DNA from: Alkalilimnicola ehrlichii MLHE-1
GTDB lineage: Bacteria > Pseudomonadota > Gammaproteobacteria > Nitrococcales > Halorhodospiraceae
Assembly: GCF_000014785.1 (NCBI RefSeq)
Contig: NC_008340.1
Coordinates: 960,001-992,000 of the forward strand
DNA: 32,000 bases
Direction: 5' to 3'
Under the pieces are notes generated by a model, which worked only from the letters and a program-made list of their open reading frames with translations, ran no database searches and was not told where the DNA came from. Shown piece after piece: positions 20,603 to 28,515 of this stretch. Position 1 is the stretch's first letter, and every line of letters starts with the position of its first letter. The translations under genes and the position numbers were made by a program.

Positions 20603-21886
20603 ATGCGTATCCTTAATCGTATCTTTGTTCTGGTGCTGTTGGCCCTGGTGCTGACGGCCTGCGCCGCCAATCCGGTCACCGGCCAGCGGGAGCTGGCGCT
20701 GCTCTCCGAGCGGGAGGAGGTAGCCATTGGCGAGCAGCATTACGACACCACCCAGCAGTCCATGGGTGGGCCGTATACCACCGACGAGGCACTGAACCGG
20801 TACATCAACCGGGTCGGACAAAGCCTGGCGGAGGTGAGCGACCGGCCGCACCTGCCCTACGAGTTCGTGGTGATCAACGACAGCACCCCCAATGCCTGGG
20901 CGCTTCCGGGCGGGAAGATGGGCATCAACCGCGGGCTGTTGCTGGAGATGGACAGTGAGGCGGAGTTGGCGGCGGTGCTGGGCCACGAGATCGTCCATGC
21001 GGCGGCGCGCCACGGTGCCCAGCGCGTGGAGCGGGGGTTGCTGTTGCAGGCGGGCATTATGGCGGTGGGGATCGGTGCCTCCGCCGCTGATCGGGATATC
21101 GGTCCGCTGCTGGTTGCCGGTGCCGGGATCGGGGCCACCCTGATTATGCAACGCTACAGCCGGCACCACGAGCTGGAGGCCGACCGCTTCGGCATGGAGT
21201 ACATGGCTCGGGCCGGTTACGACCCCCAGGGGGCGGTGGACCTCATGGAGACCTTCCTGCGCATGCACGACCGCGGGGACCCTTCCTGGCTGGAGGGGCT
21301 GTTCGCCAGCCATCCGCCCTCGCGTGAGCGGCTGGAGGCCAACCGGCAGACGGTGCGGGAGCTGCAGAGCCGGTGCGGGGAGTGCCGGATGGGCCGAGAG
21401 GCTTACCAGCAGGCCATCGCCGGGCTGCGCGAGCGCCAGGAGGCCTTCGAGGCCCATGACCGGGCCCGCGAGGCGCTGAGGGCTGGCAACACCGCGGAGG
21501 CGATGCGCCTGGCAGACCAGGCGGTGCAGCGATACCCGGATGAGGCCATTTTCCACGGCCTGCGGGGCGACATCCTGTCCGTCCGGGGCCAACACGGCCA
21601 GGCGGTGCGGGCCTACGACCGGGCTCTGGTTAGAAACAGCGAGTACTTTGCCTTCCACCTGGGCCGGGGCATGGCGCACAACGAGCTGGGTAACCACAGC
21701 CAGGCCCGTCGTGACCTGGAGCGCAGCAACGACCTGCTGCCCAATGCGGTGGCCCACAATGCGCTGGGCAAGCTGGCTTTGGCCGCCGGCGATACCGACC
21801 GGGCCCGCGGCCACTTCACGGTGGCGGCCCAATCCAACAGCCCCGAGGGGCGGGAGGCTCAGGCCCGGCTGCAGCGGCTGCAATAA
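20603..21886 (+). CDS. M48-family metalloprotease with TPR-like C-terminus (BepA/YfgC-like lipoprotein)
   Basis: Lipobox LTAC, zinc motif GHEIVH and EADRFGMEYM, C-terminal TPR-like repeats. Confidence 0.85.
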   Translation: MRILNRIFVLVLLALVLTACAANPVTGQRELALLSEREEVAIGEQHYDTTQQSMGGPYTTDEALNRYINRVGQSLAEVSDRPHLPYEFVVINDSTPNAWALPGGKMGINRGLLLEMDSEAELAAVLGHEIVHAAARHGAQRVERGLLLQAGIMAVGIGASAADRDIGPLLVAGAGIGATLIMQRYSRHHELEADRFGMEYMARAGYDPQGAVDLMETFLRMHDRGDPSWLEGLFASHPPSRERLEANRQTVRELQSRCGECRMGREAYQQAIAGLRERQEAFEAHDRAREALRAGNTAEAMRLADQAVQRYPDEAIFHGLRGDILSVRGQHGQAVRAYDRALVRNSEYFAFHLGRGMAHNELGNHSQARRDLERSNDLLPNAVAHNALGKLALAAGDTDRARGHFTVAAQSNSPEGREAQARLQRLQ

Positions 21887-21907
21887 CCCGGAGCGGCTGC
21901 AGTAACC

Positions 21908-21953
21908 GGTCACTGCGAGCCCCGCCCCCGTCACGCGGGGCTTGCAGTGACGG
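21908..21953. repeat. Short hairpin form of the element family (46 bp)
   Basis: GTCACTGCGAGCCCCGC / GCGGGGCTTGCAGTGAC pair over 17 positions with one G-T wobble; 21 bp after the M48 stop. Confidence 0.7.
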
Positions 21954-22065
21954 TGGGTGCGGGGCACCACCCCCCGTCATCGCGAGCCCCCCTCCCCGCT
22001 GCGCGGGCGCGAATCAACGAGGAACGGGGCACCCCCGGTCATCGCGAGGGCCGAAGGCTTTCTCC

Positions 22066-22145
22066 CCGTCATCGCGAGGGCCGAAGGCCCGTGGCGATCC
22101 AGAGGGGTAGACTGCCGCGTCGGCTTCGCCTCCTCGCAGTGACGG
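22066..22145. repeat. Full element H (80 bp)
   Basis: CCGTCATCGCGAGGGCCGAAGGCCCGTGGCGATCC...GACTGCCGCGTCGGCTTCGCCTCCTCGCAGTGACGG; near-identical to element A. Confidence 0.85.
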
Positions 22146-22163
22146 TGGGGGTGCCCCCACACC

Positions 22164-22243
22164 CCGTCATCGCGAGGGCCGAAGGGCCGTGGCGATCCAG
22201 AGCGGTAGACTGCCGCGTCGGCTTCGCCTCCTCGCAGTGACGG
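22164..22243. repeat. Full element I (80 bp)
   Basis: CCGTCATCGCGAGGGCCGAAGGGCCGTGGCGATCC...CCTCGCAGTGACGG; 98 bp from element H. Confidence 0.85.
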
Positions 22244-22358
22244 TGGGGGTGGGTCCGCGCTCGCAGTGACGGTGGGGGTGGGTCCGCGCTCGCAGTGACG
22301 GTGGGGGTGGGTCCGCGCTCGCAGTGACGGTGAGGGCGGTTCCGCGCTCGCGTGACGG
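22244..22358. repeat. 29-bp tandem repeat, 3 exact copies plus 1 degenerate copy
   Basis: TGGGGGTGGGTCCGCGCTCGCAGTGACGG at 22244, 22273 and 22302; degenerate copy 22331-22358. Confidence 0.95.
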
Positions 22359-22408
22359 AAGGGGGCGTAATGGCGAGCTCGCCCCCTTCCGTCTGCCCGG
22401 TTCGGATG

Positions 22409-23026
22409 CTATTTCTGTCGCCAGTTACCGCGGCTGTCCTGGTAGTACCAGCCGGAGGGGGCGCGGGTGCGCCAGCGCTCGGCGAAGGTCTGGCGGATGT
22501 CGCCCTCCCAGTCGGGGCGGTTATTGGCCTCGGCGATCTCCCGGTAGAGGGCATTGCGGTCCCGGTTATCCTGCTCCACCAGGTTGCGGACGGTGTTGCG
22601 CTCGGCGAGCGGGATCGCCCCCTGGTCGCGGATGGTGATCAGTCCGTCGTTGGTCAGGCCGATGGCACCGCTCTCGTAGTAGGGGCGTAGCTGCGTGTGC
22701 CGGTCGCGCATCTGGCGGGTGAGTTCCCGGATCCGCGGGGTCTCGATGTCCAGGTCCGCCTGGGCCCGGGCCGGGGGCACCATCACGTTGAGCACCCGCA
22801 TGGCCACCGGCTGTTGTGCCTCCGGTGCCGGCAGGCCGGACTGCGGCTCGCCTTCCTCGGACGGGTTGCCGCGGGGCTGGGCCTCGGGCCCCCAGACGTC
22901 CTCGATGATGCGGTCGGCGGCCCGTTCGGCCGCGACCGTGGGGAAGTAAACGTTGATGGTCACGCAGGCGCTCAGCAGTATCAGGGCGCTGAGCAGCGCA
23001 GCGGCACGCCAGGGGGTTGCATTCAT
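22409..23026 (-). CDS. YdbL/DUF1318-family protein with lipoprotein signal
   Basis: MNATPWRAAALLSALILLSACVTINVYFPTVAAERAADRIIEDVWG... and C-terminal RNALYREIAEANNR...WYYQDSRGNWRQK. Confidence 0.75.
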   Translation of the reverse strand: MNATPWRAAALLSALILLSACVTINVYFPTVAAERAADRIIEDVWGPEAQPRGNPSEEGEPQSGLPAPEAQQPVAMRVLNVMVPPARAQADLDIETPRIRELTRQMRDRHTQLRPYYESGAIGLTNDGLITIRDQGAIPLAERNTVRNLVEQDNRDRNALYREIAEANNRPDWEGDIRQTFAERWRTRAPSGWYYQDSRGNWRQK

Positions 23027-23034
23027 GGGGCGTT

Positions 23035-23049
23035 CCTCGCAATGACGGG
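23035..23049. repeat. Orphan arm of the palindromic element family
   Basis: CCTCGCAATGACGGG immediately upstream of the YdbL-like start. Confidence 0.65.
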
Positions 23050-23132
23050 TTGTTCCGTGTTGGTTTAGACGGTCGGTGCAGGGATTCGGTTCAGCCTGCC
23101 CATGCGGTTCAGTAAAGCGCAAAGCGGGCCCC

Positions 23133-25229
23133 TTAGTCGACCACCGGGGCCTCCTCTTGGGCCAATACCTGGCCAATCTGTTCGCGCAGGGCGGGCCAAC
23201 TGACCTCGGTGGCGAAGCCGATGATATTCAGACGGGGCAGGGCGCGGCCCTCGATCAGGTAATAGCCGCCGTTGGCCGGTGCCACCCCGCCCATGTGGCA
23301 AACCCCGCCCTCCAGGCGACAACTAATGCCCAGCCGCCGATAGCGGAAGGTGTCGAAGAAGCGCAGAAATTGCCGGGAGACCCAGTCCGCCGGGGTGCTG
23401 CCGCCGATCTGGGTGATGTTCTCCACCGCCCGCTGGCTGATGCGGCGGCGCTCGCCTGTGCCCTCCGGCGACCAGATGCGCGCATCGAAGGCGACCGGCT
23501 CCCAGCCGATCAGGTGCAGACCGAGGATATCGGCGTGGGCGTAGCCCTCGATCCTGCCCAACTCCAGCACCTCGGTGAAGCTGTCCAGATCCCAACTGCG
23601 CATGCGCAGGTCGGCGCGGAAGACCGGTGCGGGGCCGAAGGGGTCCTCCAGGCTTAGCTGATCCACCCGGAGCAGCCCGCCGAAGACCTGGGCGATGAGG
23701 GTGCCGCCCAGGCCCAAACGGCCATCACGATAGCTCAGCTCTGGCAGCCGGCCGGAGAGGGTGCCGGAGAGCGGGGGCCAGTCCAGGGCGGTGGTCAGTG
23801 CACGCAGATCGATGGGCAGGATGTCCGCCTCGAAGCGGATGTCCAGCTGGTCGGTGCCGAGCCCGCTCAGCCGCAACTGGTGGACCCGCAGGGCGCCGTC
23901 CACGATTGGCAGCCGTTGGCCCGGGGGCAGGCGGACCTCGCGCCCGTGGGCGGTGAGGCGCAGCGCGGTCTCGCCCAGCGGCAGTTGCAGCAGGCTGGCC
24001 TCGCGCCAGCGCAGACGGCTCTGGGGTGGCGCCTCACGGTCCGCCCCGTGCCAGAGCAACCGGCCGCTGAAATCACGCAGCGCGAAGCGCTGCTGAGCAT
24101 CGTCCAACTGCAGGCCCCGGGCCGTCACCTCGGCAACTTGGGGGGCGCCCTCGGCCCACTCCAGACGGGCGTCCAGGCGGCCGTGTGGCTGCAACTGGTC
24201 CAGGTTGCCGCCCAGCAGCCAGGGGTGCAGGTAGACGGCATAGAGGCCATCCGCCCGCCCGTCGCGCAGGCGCAGCGAGAGCGCTCGCAGGCCGGTGCGG
24301 TCCAGCCGCCCCTGTCCAGTCAGCTCCCCTTGGCCCTGTTGACGCAGGGTGAAATGGCGCACGTCCCAGCCCCCTTCGGTCGTATCCCAGTCCACGCCCG
24401 CGGTCAGGCGTGTCGGGTGTTCACCCAGGTCAAGGAAGACCGGTTCGGCATAGGCCTGTCCTTGCTCGCTGTCGAGGCTGGCGCGCAGCGCCCAGGGGCC
24501 CGTGCCCCGGCGGTGGGCCATCAGACGGCCGTCCACGCGCAGGCCTTCAGCGGCGAGCCGGCCGCTTGCGTCCTGGCCGCTGAGCTCGGCGCGCCACTCC
24601 AGCCAGCCGCGGGTCCGCTGCCCGTCGCCGCTCAGGCGGCCGTCGGCGCTCAGTTCGCCCCCGAGGTCCGTTCCCGCCGGCAGCCAGTCCGCCAGCAGCC
24701 GGCCCGGATCTGAGACCCGGAGGCGGTTCAGGTCCAGGGTCCAGCCGTCCGGGTCGCTGCGCACCGCCAGATGGCCTTCGATACCGGTCGTCGTCAGCCG
24801 CCAGCGGGTATCCAGCCGGCTGCCGTCCAGGCGCAGGGCCAGGTGGCCCTCCCCGTGGACCTTGCCCAGGTGGGGCAGGGTTGCGGACAATGTGCCCGCT
24901 TCGCAGCGCAGGCCCCCGGCGGGCAGTTCCAGGGTGCCGCAACGCAGGCTGAGCCCGGTGAGCTCGGTGCCATCGTCCAGGCGCAGGGTGTCGATCCGTA
25001 TCTCGGTATCGCCATCCCGCAGGGGCAGACGCAGACTCAGGCCTTCGGTATGCCAGCCCTCGCCCGTCACCGAGCCAAGGTCCAGGGACAGCCGGTCCAC
25101 GGCCATGGCGTGCGGTGTGGCCACCAGGCTGAGCAGGGCGAGCACGAGGGGGTAGGCGATCCGGGCCACAGTGGTGAGTATCCTCCCGTTGCAGGGGTTC
25201 CACCGGCCGGGTGCGCGGATTGCGTCCAC
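23133..25229 (-). CDS. YdbH/AsmA-like protein (putative intermembrane phospholipid transport)
   Basis: ~698-aa protein with repetitive beta-rich sequence, C-terminus PANGGYYLIEGRALPRLNIIGFATEVSWPALREQI, adjacent to the YdbL-like gene. Start uncertain; GTG at 25169 is an alternative giving VARIAYPLVLALLSLVATPHAMA. Confidence 0.7.
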   Translation of the reverse strand: MDAIRAPGRWNPCNGRILTTVARIAYPLVLALLSLVATPHAMAVDRLSLDLGSVTGEGWHTEGLSLRLPLRDGDTEIRIDTLRLDDGTELTGLSLRCGTLELPAGGLRCEAGTLSATLPHLGKVHGEGHLALRLDGSRLDTRWRLTTTGIEGHLAVRSDPDGWTLDLNRLRVSDPGRLLADWLPAGTDLGGELSADGRLSGDGQRTRGWLEWRAELSGQDASGRLAAEGLRVDGRLMAHRRGTGPWALRASLDSEQGQAYAEPVFLDLGEHPTRLTAGVDWDTTEGGWDVRHFTLRQQGQGELTGQGRLDRTGLRALSLRLRDGRADGLYAVYLHPWLLGGNLDQLQPHGRLDARLEWAEGAPQVAEVTARGLQLDDAQQRFALRDFSGRLLWHGADREAPPQSRLRWREASLLQLPLGETALRLTAHGREVRLPPGQRLPIVDGALRVHQLRLSGLGTDQLDIRFEADILPIDLRALTTALDWPPLSGTLSGRLPELSYRDGRLGLGGTLIAQVFGGLLRVDQLSLEDPFGPAPVFRADLRMRSWDLDSFTEVLELGRIEGYAHADILGLHLIGWEPVAFDARIWSPEGTGERRRISQRAVENITQIGGSTPADWVSRQFLRFFDTFRYRRLGISCRLEGGVCHMGGVAPANGGYYLIEGRALPRLNIIGFATEVSWPALREQIGQVLAQEEAPVVD

Positions 25230-25291
25230 CCCCGGCCGGTGCTAGCGTGCCTTCATTCCAAAACGAGCGCAGGGACGCGCAGGGTATCGTT

Positions 25292-27127
25292 ATGTCTAAC
25301 GTAGTGGATCATTGTACCGCCGAGTCGGCCGACCCGGCATTGACGCTGTTGCATCGGGTGTTCGGCTTTCGCGGCTTCCGCGGCCAGCAGGGGGAGATCG
25401 TCCGCCATGTCAGTGACGGCGGCGATGCGCTGGTGTTGATGCCCACCGGGGGCGGCAAGTCGTTGTGCTACCAACTCCCTGCACTGCTGCGTCCGGGCGT
25501 GGCCATTGTGGTCTCGCCGTTGATCGCACTGATGCAGGACCAGGTCCGGGCCCTCAGCCAAGCCGGGGTGCGCGCCGCCTCCTTGAACTCCACATGCGGT
25601 CTGGAGGAGTTGCGGACGATCGAACAGGACATGCGCCGCGGTGAGTTGGACCTGGTCTACATGGCGCCAGAGCGGCTCATGACCCCGCGCATGCAGGAGC
25701 TACTGCAACAGGTGCCCATCGCCCTGTTCGCCATCGATGAGGCCCATTGCGTCTCCCAGTGGGGTCACGACTTCCGCCCTGAGTACCTGCAGCTCTCCGT
25801 GCTGCATGAGCGCTTCCCCCGGGTACCGCGCATCGCCCTGACCGCCACCGCGGATGCCCGCACCCGGCAGGAGATCGTCAGACGCCTGGGCCTGGACGAG
25901 GCGCGGCAGTTTCTCTCCAGCTTCGACCGGCCCAATATCCGCTATCGGGTCACGCCGCGGCGCAATGCCCGCGATCAGCTCTGGCGGTTCCTGGAGACGG
26001 AGCACCCCGGGGATGCCGGCATCGTCTACTGCCTCTCCCGGCGCAAGGTGGACGATATGGCCGAGTGGCTGAACAGCAAGGGCCGCCCGGCGCTGCCCTA
26101 CCACGCCGGTCTCGACGCGGCCACGCGCCAGCGCAATCAGCAGCGCTTCATCGAGGAGGAGGGGCTGATTGTGGTGGCGACCATCGCCTTCGGCATGGGT
26201 ATCGACAAGCCCGATGTGCGGTTCGTGGCCCACCTGGACCTGCCGCGGAGCATGGAGGCGTATTACCAGGAGACCGGGCGGGCCGGGCGCGATGGGCTGC
26301 CGGCCACCGCCTGGATGACCTACGGCCTGCAGGATGTGATCACCCTGCGCCAGATGCTGGACAGTTCCGAGGCGGGGGAGGCCCACAAGCGGGTGGAGCG
26401 CCACCGGCTGGAGGCCATGCTGGCCTTCTGTGAGCACACCGCCTGCCGCCGGCAGTCACTGTTGGGCTATTTCGGCGAGGACCTGCCCGAGCCCTGCGGC
26501 AACTGTGATACCTGTCTCGAGCCGGTGGAGACCTGGGACGCCACCGAGGCGGCCCGTAAGGCCCTGTCTGCGGTCTACCGCACCGGCCAGATGTTTGGCG
26601 TGGCCCATCTGGTGGATGTCCTGCGCGGCCGTGAGACCGACCGCGTCCGGCAGTTCGGTCACCACCGCCTGTCGGTCTTTGGGCTGGGGGCGGACATGGA
26701 GGCGGGGCAGTGGCGCACCCTGTTCCGCCAGTTGGTGGCTCTGGGCCTGGTGGAGGTGGACCTGGACGGCTACGGCGGCTTGCGCCTGGCCGAGCGTTGT
26801 CGCCCGGTGCTGCGCGGCGAGCAGCCCCTGCACCTGCGCCGCGATCCGGCGCCGGCGCGCGCCCGGCGAAAACGGGCGGTGCCCGAGACCCCCTTCGCCC
26901 GGCCGGAGGACGAGCAGCTCTTCGATGCCCTGCGCGTCTGCCGGCGAGAGCTGGCCAGGGATCAGGGAGTCCCCCCTTATATGATCTTCCATGACTCCAC
27001 CCTGCGTGAGATGGTAGAGCTGCGCCCCGACACCCTGGATGCGCTGGCCGGCATCAACGGGGTGGGGGAGCGCAAGCTCTCCCTGTACGGGGACGACTTC
27101 CTCGGCGTGGTGCGCGAACACCTGTGA
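25292..27127 (+). CDS. recQ: ATP-dependent DNA helicase RecQ
   Basis: MPTGGGKSLCYQLPAL, DEAHCVSQWGHDFRPEY, GRAGRDG, zinc-binding cysteines C...CGNCDTC, C-terminal HRDC-like domain; 611 aa. Confidence 0.97.
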   Translation: MSNVVDHCTAESADPALTLLHRVFGFRGFRGQQGEIVRHVSDGGDALVLMPTGGGKSLCYQLPALLRPGVAIVVSPLIALMQDQVRALSQAGVRAASLNSTCGLEELRTIEQDMRRGELDLVYMAPERLMTPRMQELLQQVPIALFAIDEAHCVSQWGHDFRPEYLQLSVLHERFPRVPRIALTATADARTRQEIVRRLGLDEARQFLSSFDRPNIRYRVTPRRNARDQLWRFLETEHPGDAGIVYCLSRRKVDDMAEWLNSKGRPALPYHAGLDAATRQRNQQRFIEEEGLIVVATIAFGMGIDKPDVRFVAHLDLPRSMEAYYQETGRAGRDGLPATAWMTYGLQDVITLRQMLDSSEAGEAHKRVERHRLEAMLAFCEHTACRRQSLLGYFGEDLPEPCGNCDTCLEPVETWDATEAARKALSAVYRTGQMFGVAHLVDVLRGRETDRVRQFGHHRLSVFGLGADMEAGQWRTLFRQLVALGLVEVDLDGYGGLRLAERCRPVLRGEQPLHLRRDPAPARARRKRAVPETPFARPEDEQLFDALRVCRRELARDQGVPPYMIFHDSTLREMVELRPDTLDALAGINGVGERKLSLYGDDFLGVVREHL

Positions 27128-27139
27128 AGGCAGAAAGCC

Positions 27140-27457
27140 ATGACCCTACGCAACGAACTCAAGGAATTCATCGTCAACCGCGTGCGTGAGGCGGTGCCGG
27201 CCGAGGCCATCTATCTGTACGGCCCCGGAGTGGAGGGCCCGGAGGCGCCCGACCGCCACCTGGAACTGCTGGTGGTGGTGCCCGAGGCCTACGATCCCCC
27301 ATCGCGTCGGGGCATTCACCTCCAGCGCAGCCTCAGCAAGGTCGACCGGCCCATCCAGTTGCAGGTGGTGACCCACGAAGAACTGGAGCGCGAGCGCAAC
27401 CATCTGCACTCGCTGGTCCATCGGGTGTTGCTCAAGGGCGAGCGGATCTTCGGCTGA
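27140..27457 (+). CDS. Small nucleotidyltransferase-fold-like protein with degenerate active site (105 aa)
   Basis: AIYLYGPGVEGPEAPDRHLELLVVVPEAYD... resembles the MNT strand-GS...DxD-strand pattern without the catalytic residues; 12 nt after recQ. Confidence 0.5.
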   Translation: MTLRNELKEFIVNRVREAVPAEAIYLYGPGVEGPEAPDRHLELLVVVPEAYDPPSRRGIHLQRSLSKVDRPIQLQVVTHEELERERNHLHSLVHRVLLKGERIFG

Positions 27458-27477
27458 GCTCAGAACGGCTCCTGAAC

Positions 27478-28404
27478 TCAGAACAGCCAAAGGGTCAGCC
27501 AGAGCACCAGCGGCAGCGTGATGGCGGCCAGCGCGGTCTGCACCGTCAGGATGGTGGCCATCAGCACGGCATCACCCCCCAGTTGACGGGCCAGGATGTA
27601 GCAGGATGCAGAGGCCGGCACGGCGCTGAACAGCACCAGTACCGCCAGGGTCGTCTCCTCCAGACCCATCAGCCAACCCGCGGTGGCGGTGACCAGGGGT
27701 AGCACCAGCAGTTTGAGGGCGCTGGACACCGCCAGCGCGCCCGGGTTGCGCCCGATCTCGCCCCAGTACAGCCCCGCCCCCACGGCCATCAGCCCCAGGG
27801 GCAGGGCCGCCTGGCCCAGGCCATCAAGGAAGAGCACCGCGGCGCCGGGCAGCCCTGGGGTGAGCAGGTTGAGCAGGATGCCCACCACACAGGCCATCAC
27901 CAGTGGGTTGCGCAGAATGCTGCCGATCATGCCGGCGCCGGCCCGGTCCCCCTGATCCCCGTACCGCATCAGCGCGATCACCGCCAGGATGTTCACCAGC
28001 GGCACCAGGACCGCCAGGCTGATGGCGGCCAGGGTCAGGCCCTCATCGCCGAACAGCGCCACGGCGGTGGCCAGACCCACGTAGGTGTTCGGTCGCATGC
28101 TGCCCTGCAGGACCGAGGTGAACGCCGGGCCTCCCTTCGGCGTGCGTGGGCGCAGCAACAGCCACTGGGCCAGGTAGACAAGCAGTACCGCGCCCACCAG
28201 CACGGTGACAATGGGCAGCAGGTCCAGGGTGTGCAGCGGGGCCTCGGAGAGCCGGGCCACCAGCAGTGCGGGCAGCGCCAGGTAATAGGTGAGCTTCTCC
28301 GCGGTTGGCCAGAAGCCATCGGCGGCGAAGCCGGTGCGATAGAGGATATGCCCCAAGGCGATCAGCCCGAACACGCTGATCAGCGCCTCGACAGTGGAGC
28401 CCAT
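27478..28404 (-). CDS. AEC family transporter (auxin efflux carrier-like permease)
   Basis: ALISVFGLIALGHILYRTGF...LPALLVARLSE...SMRPNTYVGLATAVALFG..., polytopic, ~308 aa. Confidence 0.88.
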   Translation of the reverse strand: MGSTVEALISVFGLIALGHILYRTGFAADGFWPTAEKLTYYLALPALLVARLSEAPLHTLDLLPIVTVLVGAVLLVYLAQWLLLRPRTPKGGPAFTSVLQGSMRPNTYVGLATAVALFGDEGLTLAAISLAVLVPLVNILAVIALMRYGDQGDRAGAGMIGSILRNPLVMACVVGILLNLLTPGLPGAAVLFLDGLGQAALPLGLMAVGAGLYWGEIGRNPGALAVSSALKLLVLPLVTATAGWLMGLEETTLAVLVLFSAVPASASCYILARQLGGDAVLMATILTVQTALAAITLPLVLWLTLWLF

Positions 28405-28423
28405 GGCCACTCCCTTGCTGCCC

Positions 28424-28462
28424 AAGAAAAGAGGGTCGATCCGGCTGCCCGGATCGACCCTC
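28424..28462 (-). terminator. Intrinsic terminator downstream of the TRAP transporter gene
   Basis: Perfect 14-bp stem GAGGGTCGATCCGG (28431-28444), loop CTGC, CCGGATCGACCCTC (28449-28462). On the - strand followed by TTTTCTT. Confidence 0.9.
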
Positions 28463-28515
28463 GCGGATGATACCGCAGAGTGGCGTCAGTATGCCCCACC
28501 CCACGTGGCGAGCGG

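Larger units (their letters stand above)
21908..22358. repeat. Cluster 2 of palindromic MITE/REP-like elements (full, partial and tandem half copies)
   Basis: Same arm sequences as cluster 1, filling the interval between the convergent M48 protease and YdbL-like genes. Confidence 0.9.

Noticed and set aside
19802-21970. 722-aa minus-strand ORF
   Set aside because: Antisense to prmB and the M48 protease, with low-complexity translation and no domain motifs.
22244-22358. 29-bp direct repeats resembling CRISPR repeat length
   Set aside because: The copies are contiguous with no unique spacers, match half of the local palindromic element, and there are no cas genes in the window.
11332-22358. 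Composite transposon or IS element bounded by the two repeat clusters
   Set aside because: The ~10-kb interval carries ordinary pilin and housekeeping genes, with no transposase or RAYT-like gene, and the clusters are heterogeneous rather than clean flanking copies.
21947-22554. ORFs in cluster 2, such as 21947-22240(+), 21957-22142(+), 21977-22162(-) and 22069-22554(-)
   Set aside because: They are repeat-derived open frames (GPWRSRAVDCRVGFASSQ) with no independent coding support.
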